49,337 nucleotides of DNA from an uncultured Pirellulales bacterium (GTDB lineage Bacteria > Planctomycetota > Phycisphaerae > Sedimentisphaerales > CAYZTY01). Location: contig CAYZTY010000003.1 in the NCBI GenBank assembly GCA_964481525.1, positions 1-49,337 on the forward strand. The letters are read 5' to 3'. Positions within the stretch are counted from its first letter, which is position 1, and each line of letters begins with the position of its first letter. A program made the translations under genes and the position numbers. Of the stretch, positions 36,265 through 46,338 are shown piece by piece. The notes beneath the pieces were generated by a model. That model was not told where the DNA came from, searched no databases, and saw nothing but the letters and a program-made list of their open reading frames with translations.

Positions 36265-38130
36265 ATGTGTGGAATAATTGCTTACCTGGGTAAAAAGCCG
36301 GCCCAGCCAATCCTGTTGGAAGGGCTCAAACGGCTGGAATACCGGGGCTACGATTCGGCGGGTATCGGCCTTATCGACGACGGGATAGCAATAAGAAAAA
36401 CGGGCGGCAGAATCAGCACCCTGATGGAAATGCTCGATGAGCCGTGCGGTAATCAGACGATGGGGATTGCCCATACCAGGTGGGCGACGCACGGCGAGCC
36501 AAGTACTCTCAACGCTCATCCTCATCTTGACTATACCGGAAAGATAGCCATTGTTCATAACGGCATCATCGAAAATTATAAAACCCTAAAGAAGTGGCTG
36601 CAAAGTGAGGGTTTTACCTGCAAGAGTCAAACTGACAGTGAGGTTATCGCCAACCTGATTGGATATTTTTACACGAATCAGAAGGAGCGCGACGGCCGCA
36701 AGCCATCCGAGGGGCAAAATGACTTCGAGTGGGCTGTGCAGCAGGCTTTAAACGAGCTGCACGGCACGTATGGTCTGGCAATTGTCTGCGCCGATTACCC
36801 CAATATACTCATTGGAGCCAAGAGGGGCAGCCCGCTGATTTTGGGTCTCGGTGAGGATGAATATATTCTTGCTTCCGATGCGGCCGCTATAGTCGAGCAT
36901 ACCACACAAGCTATTTATCTGTCCGACAATGAAATGGTAACCATTACACCGGAGCAGTTTCGTACCAAAACCATCGATAACGTCCTTGTCCGCAAGGACC
37001 TTCAAGAAATAGAATTCTGCCTTGAGCAGATTGAATTAGGCGGCTTTGAGCACTATATGCTCAAGGAGATTTTTGAGCAGGCCGAGGCACTTCAAAGGTG
37101 TATGGGTGGAAGGCTCGACCGTAAGAACAACCGTATAGTTCTTGGGGGTATCAGCTCTTATTCGCGTGAGCTGACCCGAACGAAGCGAATTATCCTGACC
37201 GGCTGCGGAACAGCGTGGCACGCCTGTCTCGTCGGTGAGTTCCTCTTCGAGCAGCTTGCCAGGATACCTGCAGAGACCGAATATGCCAGCGAATTTCGAT
37301 ATCGAAACCCAATCATTGAGGACGGCTCGGTGGTTATCGCCGTCAGTCAGTCCGGCGAGACCGCCGATACGCTCGCGGCAATAGAACAAGCCAAGGAAAG
37401 AGGTGCAATCGTACTGGGGGTAGTGAATGTGGTCGGCTCGGGAATTGCCAGGACCACCGATGCCGGCGTGTACCTGCACGTCGGACCGGAAATAGGCGTT
37501 GCAAGCACAAAGGCATTTACCGCCCAGGTTACCATTCTGGCAATGCTGGCGATTGAACTGGGCCGTAGAAGACATATCAGCAGTGAACTGGCCACATTGT
37601 ATATCGCCGAACTTAAGGCCATACCTGATAAAATAAGCCGCGTGCTGGAGCAATCGGAAAACATAAAGCAGATTGCCGCGGCCAACATCAACAAGGAAAA
37701 CTGGCTGTTTCTTGGCCGGGGCTTCAATTACCCGGTTGCTCTCGAAGGCGCTCTGAAGCTAAAAGAGATAAGCTATATTCACGCCGAGGGTCTGCCGGCC
37801 GCCGAGATGAAGCACGGCCCCATCGCGCTTATTACAAAGGATATGCCCTCCGTTTTTATTGCCACCAAGTGCTCACAGTACAGCAAAATTATCGGCAATA
37901 TTGAGGAAGTTCGGGCTCGCGGCGGCAAGACCATAGTTGTGGCAACCGAAGGCGACGAAGAAATTAAGCAATACAGCGACCATCTGATTACTGTGCCCGA
38001 CGCACCTGAACCGCTGCAGCCTATACTTACAGTTGTGCCGTTGCAGCTTTTGGCTTATCACGCCGCCGTCCTGCGGGGCCACGACGTCGACAAACCACGC
38101 AACCTTGCAAAAAGCGTTACAGTCGAATAA
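36265..38130 (+). CDS. glmS: Glutamine--fructose-6-phosphate aminotransferase
   Basis: MCGIIAY Ntn amidotransferase start, two SIS domains and a C-terminal KPRNLAKSVTVE. Confidence 0.97.
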   Translation: MCGIIAYLGKKPAQPILLEGLKRLEYRGYDSAGIGLIDDGIAIRKTGGRISTLMEMLDEPCGNQTMGIAHTRWATHGEPSTLNAHPHLDYTGKIAIVHNGIIENYKTLKKWLQSEGFTCKSQTDSEVIANLIGYFYTNQKERDGRKPSEGQNDFEWAVQQALNELHGTYGLAIVCADYPNILIGAKRGSPLILGLGEDEYILASDAAAIVEHTTQAIYLSDNEMVTITPEQFRTKTIDNVLVRKDLQEIEFCLEQIELGGFEHYMLKEIFEQAEALQRCMGGRLDRKNNRIVLGGISSYSRELTRTKRIILTGCGTAWHACLVGEFLFEQLARIPAETEYASEFRYRNPIIEDGSVVIAVSQSGETADTLAAIEQAKERGAIVLGVVNVVGSGIARTTDAGVYLHVGPEIGVASTKAFTAQVTILAMLAIELGRRRHISSELATLYIAELKAIPDKISRVLEQSENIKQIAAANINKENWLFLGRGFNYPVALEGALKLKEISYIHAEGLPAAEMKHGPIALITKDMPSVFIATKCSQYSKIIGNIEEVRARGGKTIVVATEGDEEIKQYSDHLITVPDAPEPLQPILTVVPLQLLAYHAAVLRGHDVDKPRNLAKSVTVE

Positions 38131-38156
38131 ATATGAAGACGGTCTGTGTATATTGA

Positions 38157-38609
38157 TTATTTTCTGGAAGCGGGCGAGCGCCTTACGGTCGGTCCGGATT
38201 TTCTCGACCTGTCCGTCTTTGCCTGCAGAATCTTTATTGCTTTCTCGACATCCGCCACCTTTAGAACTCCCGTGGTTCGCCCACCCTTGGCGCCGGCGGT
38301 GCAATAGGCATAGGCGATATTTATATGGTGCTTTGCCAGCCTCTCCGCCACTTCAGCAAGTTCGCCGGGCCGGTTTGATAAGTTTACGCACAGTACCTGT
38401 GTCTCGTTGAAGGGCATATTCAATCTTTTCATAACCTCTCTGGTCTGTTCCGGAGCAGTGGTAACAATTCGCATAACACCTTGTTCCACCGAGTCCATCA
38501 AAGTCATCGCTATAATGTTGATTTTCGCCTGTGCAAACTCGCCCAGAACCCGGGCCAGTACGCCGGGCTTGTTGACCATAAAGACTGAAAACTGTACCTG
38601 AGTGCGCAT
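38157..38609 (-). CDS. Tandem ACT domain protein
   Basis: Two NKPGVLA/NRPGELA ACT-type beta-alpha-beta-beta-alpha-beta starts. Confidence 0.75.
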   Translation of the reverse strand: MRTQVQFSVFMVNKPGVLARVLGEFAQAKINIIAMTLMDSVEQGVMRIVTTAPEQTREVMKRLNMPFNETQVLCVNLSNRPGELAEVAERLAKHHINIAYAYCTAGAKGGRTTGVLKVADVEKAIKILQAKTDRSRKSGPTVRRSPASRK

Positions 38610-38637
38610 AATTACATCCCTCCCGCAAATTTATTTT

Positions 38638-39000
38638 TCACGTTGTACCTATGTTTTCCAGCGCGCTTCGCCTGTCCGGATAGAATTCAAAAATTTTGTC
38701 GAGATTCGTTATTTTGAAAACCCTGTGCAACTGTGGATTTATGCCGCTTATCACTACTCGTCCATTATAGTCCTTCAGCCTTCGCCATATATCCATAAGC
38801 AAACCAAGGGTCTGGGAGGTGAAGAACTTGACCTGCTGGAAGTCGATGACTATTTTCTTCGGGTAATTCTCAGATATGAACCGGGTCACTTTCTCAGATG
38901 CGGCCTGGACCTCTTCCACTCCACTTATACAGGCGGAAGTAAAAGCAACAACAGTCACATCTTCATTGACGGTTATTTCTACAGTTTGTTTCTCGTCCAT
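38638..39000 (-). CDS. STAS-domain anti-sigma-factor antagonist
   Basis: 120 aa with the pattern D...V.F..S..LG.L......L...G...V..G....L..VF.IT.L..IF. Confidence 0.8.
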   Translation of the reverse strand: MDEKQTVEITVNEDVTVVAFTSACISGVEEVQAASEKVTRFISENYPKKIVIDFQQVKFFTSQTLGLLMDIWRRLKDYNGRVVISGINPQLHRVFKITNLDKIFEFYPDRRSALENIGTT

Positions 39001-39129
39001 TCAGAACCATACTCCGCCGGGAACGGTCTGCATTTTCTGCAAACCAGAATTATACCCCACAATTTGCATTTCCTAAGTTAAATTATATCAGCAATTACCC
39101 GGTCAGGCGATATAATTTTTGATTTTGTT

Positions 39130-40116
39130 TCATTCGGTAGCTTTCCAGCAGGCTACAAAATGCAGGTCTGTTTTGTCCTTTGGCTCCAGTTTTTGCGGTT
39201 GCTGCCTGCATCGGGCCTCTGCAAGAGGACACCGGGGATGAAAAGGGCAACCGGAAGGGGGCATAGCCGCATTGGGCATCTCGCCAGCGAGTCTGGTCCG
39301 GCCCCGGCGCAAGGTTGGCTCAACCTGCGGAATCGCCGAGATAAGAGCGCGACTGTAGGGATGGAGCGGATTTGTATATAGTTCCTGCCCGCCGGCGTAC
39401 TCCACAATCCTGCCTAAATACATAACAGCCACGAAATCACTGACATACTGCACGACCGCCAGGTCGTGGGCGATAAATAAATACGTCAGCCCGAAATCCT
39501 GCTGCAAATCCTTCAGCAAATTGAGAATCTGCGATTGAATTGAAACATCGAGGGCACTTACCGGCTCATCACAAATGACAAGTTTCGGATTCAAAGCAAG
39601 CGCCCGTGCCATACCGATTCTTTGCCTCTGGCCGCCGGAGAACTCGTGAGGGTAACGGTTTATATGGTCGGCTGAAAGCCCGACTTTCTGTAGCAGCCAC
39701 GCTACGCGGTCACTCAGTTTACTGCCTTTCGCAGCCTTGTGAACCTTCAAAGGCTCAGCCACAATATTGCCCACCGTCATACGCGGGTTCAACGAGCCGT
39801 ACGGGTCCTGGAAGATTACGGAAATATCTCCACGAAGTTGCCGGAGTTCTTCGCCGCCGACCTGAAGAACATCGACGTCGTTAAAAGTGATTCTGCCGGC
39901 CGTTGCCGGAACCAGCCGTACAATGGTCCTGACGACGGTGGTCTTGCCACAGCCGCTTTCGCCTACAAGACCTAATGTTTGGCCTGACTGGATATTGAAG
40001 CTGACGCCGTCAACGGCCTTGACGTGGCCGACTGTGTGACGAAGCAGACCCTTCTTTATTGAGAAATAGGTCTTTAAATCCTCAACCTCAAGCAGATTAT
40101 TGTTTGTCTCTGGCAT
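39130..40116 (-). CDS. Oligopeptide/dipeptide ABC transporter ATP-binding protein (OppF/DppF-like)
   Basis: Walker A GESGCGKTT, signature FSGGQRQR, Walker B LVICDEP, and a C-terminal oligopeptide-type extension with a Cys motif. Confidence 0.9.
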   Translation of the reverse strand: MPETNNNLLEVEDLKTYFSIKKGLLRHTVGHVKAVDGVSFNIQSGQTLGLVGESGCGKTTVVRTIVRLVPATAGRITFNDVDVLQVGGEELRQLRGDISVIFQDPYGSLNPRMTVGNIVAEPLKVHKAAKGSKLSDRVAWLLQKVGLSADHINRYPHEFSGGQRQRIGMARALALNPKLVICDEPVSALDVSIQSQILNLLKDLQQDFGLTYLFIAHDLAVVQYVSDFVAVMYLGRIVEYAGGQELYTNPLHPYSRALISAIPQVEPTLRRGRTRLAGEMPNAAMPPSGCPFHPRCPLAEARCRQQPQKLEPKDKTDLHFVACWKATE

Positions 40117-40159
40117 AAGAAAACCGAAAATTTTCAGTTTTACGTTATAGCTTTGGGCT

Positions 40160-41170
40160 TTAAGTTTTAAGTTTTAAATTTTCTTCGTATCCCGGCGCAT
40201 ACCAGCACGCCACGCATCTGCCCTGCCGAACTTCTTTTAACTGCGGCTCGACTGTTTGACATCTCTGGTCGTTGGAGCCTATCGGGCAGCGGGGATGGAA
40301 TTTGCAGCCAGCCGGAAAATGCAAAGGCTCAGGAACAGTCCCGGGAATTACCGGCAGCCGCTCGGCTTTGGGACCTAATTGCGGCAAAGATTTCAACAGT
40401 CCCTGCGTATAAGGATGCAGCGGCTGCGCAAAAAGCGAGCTGCAATCACTTTGCTCCACTATTCGCGAGGCATACATCACGGCAACGTCGTCCGCTCGCT
40501 CGGCGACCACGCCTAAATCGTGTGTAATCAGCAGAACGCTCATTTCGCTGTGCTTTTGCAGTTCACCGAGAAGGTCGAGAATCTGGGCCTGTATGGTTAC
40601 GTCCAGGGCCGTTGTCGGCTCATCGGCAATCAATAACGCGGGCCTGCAACTAACCGCCATTGCAATCATAACACGCTGCCGCATTCCACCGGAGAGCTGG
40701 TGAGGGTAATCGCTGATTCGCTGCTCGGCGCCGGCAATGCCAACTTCTTTCAGTATCCGGACGACCTCGGCCTGCGCCTGAGTACTGCTTAAGTTCTGAT
40801 GCAGCTTTATTGCCTCGGCGATTTGATTGCCGATGGTGAAAACCGGATTCAGGCTGGTCATCGGCTCCTGAAAAATCATAGCGATTTTATTGCCGCGGAT
40901 TTTTCGCATCTGTTTCTCGCTCAGCTCAAGCAGGTTTTGTCCGTTGAAAATTACTTTTCCGCCGGTAATTCTGCCGGGTGGAGCCGGTATCAGACGCATA
41001 ATCGAAAGTGCTGTTACGCTTTTTCCGCAGCCGCTTTCGCCGACCAGAGCAAAGGTCTTCTGACGCGGTATCTTAAAGCTGACATCCTGCACCGCCTTTG
41101 CCACCCCTTCTTCAGTGAAAAAGTGCGTCGAAAGATTCTCGAGCGACAATAATGTTCCGTTCTCAGCCAT
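40160..41170 (-). CDS. Oligopeptide/dipeptide ABC transporter ATP-binding protein (OppD/DppD-like)
   Basis: Walker A GESGCGKSV, signature LSGGMRQR and Walker B LLIADEPTTALD. Confidence 0.9.
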   Translation of the reverse strand: MAENGTLLSLENLSTHFFTEEGVAKAVQDVSFKIPRQKTFALVGESGCGKSVTALSIMRLIPAPPGRITGGKVIFNGQNLLELSEKQMRKIRGNKIAMIFQEPMTSLNPVFTIGNQIAEAIKLHQNLSSTQAQAEVVRILKEVGIAGAEQRISDYPHQLSGGMRQRVMIAMAVSCRPALLIADEPTTALDVTIQAQILDLLGELQKHSEMSVLLITHDLGVVAERADDVAVMYASRIVEQSDCSSLFAQPLHPYTQGLLKSLPQLGPKAERLPVIPGTVPEPLHFPAGCKFHPRCPIGSNDQRCQTVEPQLKEVRQGRCVACWYAPGYEENLKLKT

Positions 41171-41174
41171 AAAT

Positions 41175-42149
41175 CTACTCAGTCCTCAGCTTAGGGTCGA
41201 GCGAATCGCGAAGGGCATCGCCGAAGATATTCAGAGCCAGTGAAATGAAAAAAATGGCGATAGTGGCAGCGAGCATTTGCCACCAGACGCCGCGGGAAAG
41301 CTCAATCCTTGCGTCATTTATCATTGCGCCCCAACTGGGCCGATGCGCCTCACCAAAGCCGAGGAAGCTTAAAATAACCTCGGCGTGGATAAAGGCCACG
41401 AAACGCAGTGAAAAATCAATAATAACTAAGTGAAAGACATTCGGTATCAGATGTTTGAATATTATTCTGCCTTTACTACAGCCGTAACTTCTTGCCGCCA
41501 GGATGTATTCACGGTCCTTATGCTTGATGACCTCGCCGCGAATCAGTCGGCAAATTCCGACCCAGCTTGTAAGGCCGATGGCAAGGTAAACAGCGGCAAT
41601 TCCGGTAAGCTTATGGCCGAAAAGAGTTTTATCACGCAGCACAACCGCAAAGGCCAGAATCAGCAGTATATACGGAATCGAACTTAAGGTCGAATATACC
41701 CAAACAATGATTTCATCTACAAAACCGCGGAAGTAACCAGCAATAGCGCCCAGCGGTACGCCGATGACCAGAGAAATAAACGAGGCGCACAGCGCGACCG
41801 TTAAGGATATTTTTGCGCCGTACAGGGTTTTTCTGAAGACCGACTGGCCGAAGATATCGGTGCCGAAGATGTTTTGTGCGCTAGGTTTTTGATAGGATTC
41901 ACCGACCTGCTCGGACCATTTTATAGGCCCGACCTGCCAGTCAAAAAACTCCGCCAGATATAGAAACGCCGCCAGGGCAAAATACAGCAGGACTATGCAA
42001 AAACAGACCATCGCGAACTTGCGCTTACGCAGCCTTCTAAGCCCATCGGCCCACAGGCTTCGGCCCTTAGGCGGCTGCGCTTTGCCTGCACCTGTGGCAC
42101 AAGCTGTAATTGTGCTTTCCTTTTCAGTCAAGAGAGACCCTCGGGTCAA
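41175..42149 (-). CDS. Peptide ABC transporter permease (OppC/DppC-like)
   Basis: BPD transport-system inner-membrane component with an EAA-type loop (AARSYGCSKGRIIFKHLIPN). Confidence 0.88.
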   Translation of the reverse strand: MTRGSLLTEKESTITACATGAGKAQPPKGRSLWADGLRRLRKRKFAMVCFCIVLLYFALAAFLYLAEFFDWQVGPIKWSEQVGESYQKPSAQNIFGTDIFGQSVFRKTLYGAKISLTVALCASFISLVIGVPLGAIAGYFRGFVDEIIVWVYSTLSSIPYILLILAFAVVLRDKTLFGHKLTGIAAVYLAIGLTSWVGICRLIRGEVIKHKDREYILAARSYGCSKGRIIFKHLIPNVFHLVIIDFSLRFVAFIHAEVILSFLGFGEAHRPSWGAMINDARIELSRGVWWQMLAATIAIFFISLALNIFGDALRDSLDPKLRTE

Positions 42150-43062
42150 CCAGGGCGTAGCAAATATCCGTTATAAGATTGAATATCACAAAAAGTATGG
42201 CGCTTATATAAGTCATAGCATTGATGACGCGAAAGTCCCGTGAACCAATCGCCTCAATCATAAGATAACCCAGGCCCGGAATACCAAAGAACCGCTCCAG
42301 CAAAAGTGAGCCGAGGAACAGGAATGGTATTGCCAAAACTACCCGGGTTATAATAGGTATCATTGCATTCTTCAGGACATGCTTGAACAGGACACGACTC
42401 GTGGTCAGGCCCTTCGCAAAGGCGGTACGAACATAATCGCTGCGCATCTCATCAAGCATTACCGTGCGGTAAAACCTCAGATTCGAGCCAAGGCCCGAGA
42501 CAATTCCAATAATTACGGGCAGTGCCACATACTGCACCGGTGATAAGTCGGGCGAAAAAAACACGGGGAAAAGGCCCCACTTGTAGGCAAGAAAATACTG
42601 GCCGAAAAGGATGTAGCTCAAATAAGGTATGCTCATCCCCGCCACACAAATCACAACCGCTGCCGTATCCCACTTCGAGCCGCGGACAAACGAGACAACC
42701 AGCGAAAGGCTGATGGAGATGATAAGCAGCCCAAAGAACATCGGCACAGTGAGTGATAATGACGGCAGTATGCCGCGTTTGATTTTGGCGGTAACCGGCT
42801 CACGGTCATAGGCCCTGCCGAAGTTGAAGGTAACAGCATTCTTCAGGTGGTCAATAAACTGGCTGTCCGAGGAAAAAAACAACGGCTTGTCGAAGCCGTA
42901 TTCTCTTCGTATCTCTTCAATTGTTTCTTTCGACGCGGCTTTACCTGCAATTTCCGCTGAGACGTCGCCCCCGACCACATTAAACAGAAGGAAAGTAACC
43001 AATAAAACGCCGAATATGATTGGTATGGTGTATAAGAGCCTTCTTATAATGTATGTGGTCAT
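42124..43062 (-). CDS. Peptide ABC transporter permease (OppB/DppB-like)
   Basis: MTTYIIRRLLYTIPIIFGV start and the loop DYVRTAFAKGLTTSRVLFKHVLKNA. It overlaps the downstream permease by 26 nt. Confidence 0.9.
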   Translation of the reverse strand: MTTYIIRRLLYTIPIIFGVLLVTFLLFNVVGGDVSAEIAGKAASKETIEEIRREYGFDKPLFFSSDSQFIDHLKNAVTFNFGRAYDREPVTAKIKRGILPSLSLTVPMFFGLLIISISLSLVVSFVRGSKWDTAAVVICVAGMSIPYLSYILFGQYFLAYKWGLFPVFFSPDLSPVQYVALPVIIGIVSGLGSNLRFYRTVMLDEMRSDYVRTAFAKGLTTSRVLFKHVLKNAMIPIITRVVLAIPFLFLGSLLLERFFGIPGLGYLMIEAIGSRDFRVINAMTYISAILFVIFNLITDICYALVDPRVSLD

Positions 43063-43072
43063 TTACCCGTCT

Positions 43073-44866
43073 TCAAAAACTTTCGTAAGCGGCTCGCTTG
43101 GCCTGGTCTAATCTTCGATACTTTGACAGACCGTAGCCAAAGGCGTGCGGCTTATAATTGTGCACCCAGTCGTGGTACAGTACGTACGCAACCCCGTGAA
43201 GCATAAAGACGGCCGGGCAGTCCTCTATAACTATCCGCTCGGCCTTACGATACAGCTCGGTACGTTCAGGGCTATCCTGCATCACGGCTACCTGCTCGTA
43301 AATTCTGTCAACCTCCGGATTGGAGTAGTTGAAATTGTTCGGTCCGGGCGAGGCGTTCTTACTGTAGAAAAGCTGCAGGAAATTCTCAGCGTCCGGATAA
43401 TCGGCGATCCAGCCGAGAGAAAAAATTTGCGCACTTTTGGATTTGACTTTGTCCTGAAAAGTCGGCCAGTCCATATATTCCACCTCGATCTTAAGACCTA
43501 CTTCCTCAAGATTGTGACGGATAAACTGGCCTATCTGTCTGAACACGGTGTCGGTGCCGGGCATAGAAAGCTTAAGGACAGGCAGCTCGGCCCCATGAAT
43601 CTGCCTGGCTTCTTCTACAAGCTCCCTGGCCCTTTCAGGATTGTAGCCTGTCTTCGCCATCTTCTTAATGGCGGGGTCGTAAGCCTTCATCAAAGGCGGT
43701 ATAAAACCATAAGCAGGCTCGCCGCGGTTGTTCGTGAAAAGTTCTATATACTTCTCGCGGTTGACAGCACAACTTACGGCCTGCCGCAGGGGCTTGTTAT
43801 CGCTGAGGACGGGGTCCTCCATATTAAAACCAAGCCAGTAAGTACTCGGGTCGCGAAATATTTCCAGATGGATATTGCGCCGTTTCATCACCGGTGTTAA
43901 TTTTCGCTGCAGGTCAATCGCTTGGTTGAAATTGTCCTTCGGAATGCCCGAAGCATCGATTTTGCCGCGTAAGAACTGCAGCCAGCGTGGCTGGTCTTCC
44001 TGGATAATCATCCAGTTTATCTTATCGACCATAGGTATGTCTCTGCCGGCATCGGCCAGCAGGCCTTTTTTAAGGTCTCCATTTTCGCCCTCGGTCGGAT
44101 ACCTCTCACCCCGCCAATTCGGATTCCTGACCAGTTCGAGGTAACTGCCCCGGTGCCATAGTTTGAGCATAAATGGTCCCGTGCCGACCGGGTGATTGAT
44201 GATGTCTTTGCCATAGTACTCAACGGCCTCTCTGGCCATCGGTGTAGTCGGCTGGTGGGCAAGCAGATAGGTTATCTGGGGCCAGGGCTTCTTGAGCTTT
44301 ATAACGAGTGTGTAATCGTCGGGGCTTTGCAATCCTTCAACTTCGCGTGAATAATCGACGTCTTCTGCTTTCTTACAATTCTTTGTATATTCACGGAACT
44401 CGTCCAGGCCCACGATTCTGTTGTCAAATATCCACCAATTCTTACTGAGATATTTGATATTCGCGATTCTTTTCCAGGCATAAATAAAATCGGCGGCCTT
44501 AAGCTCTCTGCCTTTGCCGCCCTCGAAGCAGGCATCATCTGCGAAATAGACGCCCCGTTTTATTCTTATGGTATATTCCAATCCATCCTCACTCACCTTC
44601 GGCATATCCTCGGCAAGCTGCGAAATCAATTCATAAGGCCTCTTGAGATAATGGTATTGATAAAGACATTCAAAAATCTGGCTTGCCACCAGCGCTGATG
44701 TTGTATCGCCGATATCTCCGGGGTCAAGCCCCCTGATTTTAGCGCCCAGAGCGCTGTGAATAGTGATTTGATTCGGCTCGGTTTTTGAAGACGAGCTATC
44801 GCATCCTGCGAGTGTTAACAACGCCGCTATGAACGCGACCGGTGCGAGTTTCCGAGCAAAATCCAT
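43073..44866 (-). CDS. ABC transporter substrate-binding lipoprotein, family 5 (OppA/DppA-like)
   Basis: Lipobox LTLAGC after the ATG at 44866, and family 5 SBP length and pattern. Confidence 0.87.
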   Translation of the reverse strand: MDFARKLAPVAFIAALLTLAGCDSSSSKTEPNQITIHSALGAKIRGLDPGDIGDTTSALVASQIFECLYQYHYLKRPYELISQLAEDMPKVSEDGLEYTIRIKRGVYFADDACFEGGKGRELKAADFIYAWKRIANIKYLSKNWWIFDNRIVGLDEFREYTKNCKKAEDVDYSREVEGLQSPDDYTLVIKLKKPWPQITYLLAHQPTTPMAREAVEYYGKDIINHPVGTGPFMLKLWHRGSYLELVRNPNWRGERYPTEGENGDLKKGLLADAGRDIPMVDKINWMIIQEDQPRWLQFLRGKIDASGIPKDNFNQAIDLQRKLTPVMKRRNIHLEIFRDPSTYWLGFNMEDPVLSDNKPLRQAVSCAVNREKYIELFTNNRGEPAYGFIPPLMKAYDPAIKKMAKTGYNPERARELVEEARQIHGAELPVLKLSMPGTDTVFRQIGQFIRHNLEEVGLKIEVEYMDWPTFQDKVKSKSAQIFSLGWIADYPDAENFLQLFYSKNASPGPNNFNYSNPEVDRIYEQVAVMQDSPERTELYRKAERIVIEDCPAVFMLHGVAYVLYHDWVHNYKPHAFGYGLSKYRRLDQAKRAAYESF

Positions 44867-44938
44867 TTTGAAACGGCCTCTCTTACCTGGCTTCGCCTTC
44901 GGCGAGCCGTACAATAGCCGGACGAACCTTTGGTTTTT

Positions 44939-46093
44939 TTACTGTGTCTCCCCGGGCCGAGGCGGAAGAATGCGGGGAATTAGTCGCCTGCTTCCGTCAG
45001 TGTTCTGTCCATAATTGAAATCCAGGGCCCGAACAAGTCGGCCGATACTATCTTCACTACCGAAAAGAGAGTTGTACTCGGCGAGCAAAGTAGAGGACCT
45101 GCCCTTCTCGATAGCAGACTTGATTACTGACTGGCTAATACCCGTAAGCTTACCGATACACTTTTGCTCGACATCCACCAACACCGAGGCCGACTGCTGC
45201 TTCTGAGTACTATCCAACAGGTTCTGGTCGTCCATAGATTTAATATACCTTTGCATCACAAAGGAATACAACTGCGCAAACCGGTGAGAAACTTCGGCTT
45301 TTCCTTCGCGCTGTGAAAGAATAACATCGCTCAGCAGTACCAGGACCTTATTATCCAAAAGTTCGGCATCAATCGTCCAGTTCTCATACCTTCGTATTCG
45401 GATATCCGCTATCTCCAGAAGAAGCTCTCTGCCCTCAGGGGTCTTCAGGTTCCCGGCAAAGTCAATAATCAGCGAGAGAATTTCGGGACTGTTCTCCCCG
45501 GTCAGCCGGTCTTTGAGTTTTTGTACTATTTCTCTTGCCAGCCCCGGATTATCCGTAGAATCTGAATTCAGCTTTGCGACTACAACGGGATTACTCACAG
45601 CGTGAACCGCCCAATAGCGCACAGCGGTGTTTTTGTCGTCCATTATCTCAGCCGCCAGCTTCGCCAGTCGCAAATCCTCCAGATTATCCAGCAGAATCAA
45701 CAGGTTCAGCCGTATCTGCTCCGCCCGCTGCTGAGAGGTTAATTCCCTGGTTTTCTCGAAAGCATCCTTCAGATACTTAGCGGCTGAGCTGAAAAATTGC
45801 TGGGCATATTGCTCCTCGGCGCTGATAGTGCCGGAGCTGCTGCGGGAGAGAATGGCGTTGCGGGCAATAGATATAGAGCTAAAGTCGGTAGTCTGGAGCA
45901 ATTCCTGTATGGCTTCGTCGACAAAGTTATCGATAATCTCAAAATCCGCCGAATCGAGGACTTCTTTCTTGCGAACCTCATCAATTTGTGTAGCGTTAAC
46001 GGCAAGGACATTTGAACCAATCAGCAGCAGTAATATTAAGAAAGAACAAATCGCGCATCTCAGTATGTTAATCATTTTACAGAAATTCCACAA
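44939..46093 (-). CDS. Secreted helical-repeat (HEAT-like) hypothetical protein
   Basis: N-terminal signal-like hydrophobic segment followed by a helical, Leu-rich sequence. An alternative start exists at the ATG at 46075. Confidence 0.45.
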   Translation of the reverse strand: MWNFCKMINILRCAICSFLILLLLIGSNVLAVNATQIDEVRKKEVLDSADFEIIDNFVDEAIQELLQTTDFSSISIARNAILSRSSSGTISAEEQYAQQFFSSAAKYLKDAFEKTRELTSQQRAEQIRLNLLILLDNLEDLRLAKLAAEIMDDKNTAVRYWAVHAVSNPVVVAKLNSDSTDNPGLAREIVQKLKDRLTGENSPEILSLIIDFAGNLKTPEGRELLLEIADIRIRRYENWTIDAELLDNKVLVLLSDVILSQREGKAEVSHRFAQLYSFVMQRYIKSMDDQNLLDSTQKQQSASVLVDVEQKCIGKLTGISQSVIKSAIEKGRSSTLLAEYNSLFGSEDSIGRLVRALDFNYGQNTDGSRRLIPRILPPRPGETQ

Positions 46094-46261
46094 AATAGTC
46101 CTATCCCGGCTTATCTCGGCAATTTACAGTACTTAGAATACATTTGAATGCCGTTTTTGTCAAGCTAATTTGAAGATTGCCTCGGAGAGCCGGAAAGGCT
46201 AAAATGATTGTTCCTGCTCTTGTGACGGCAGTTTATTTGCGAAAGGGACTTTACCGAAAGA

Positions 46262-46290
46262 TTGAAGTACATCGAAAAAAATGGTAGAAT
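46262..46290 (+). promoter_or_regulatory. Sigma-70-type promoter candidate
   Basis: TTGAAG (46262-46267), a 17-nt spacer, then TGG-TAGAAT (-10 at 46285-46290), upstream of the DUF547 gene. Confidence 0.4.
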
Positions 46291-46338
46291 CAAGTGTTTG
46301 TACTTTCTCTGAAATTCCGGTTTTTTAACGGTGCTATT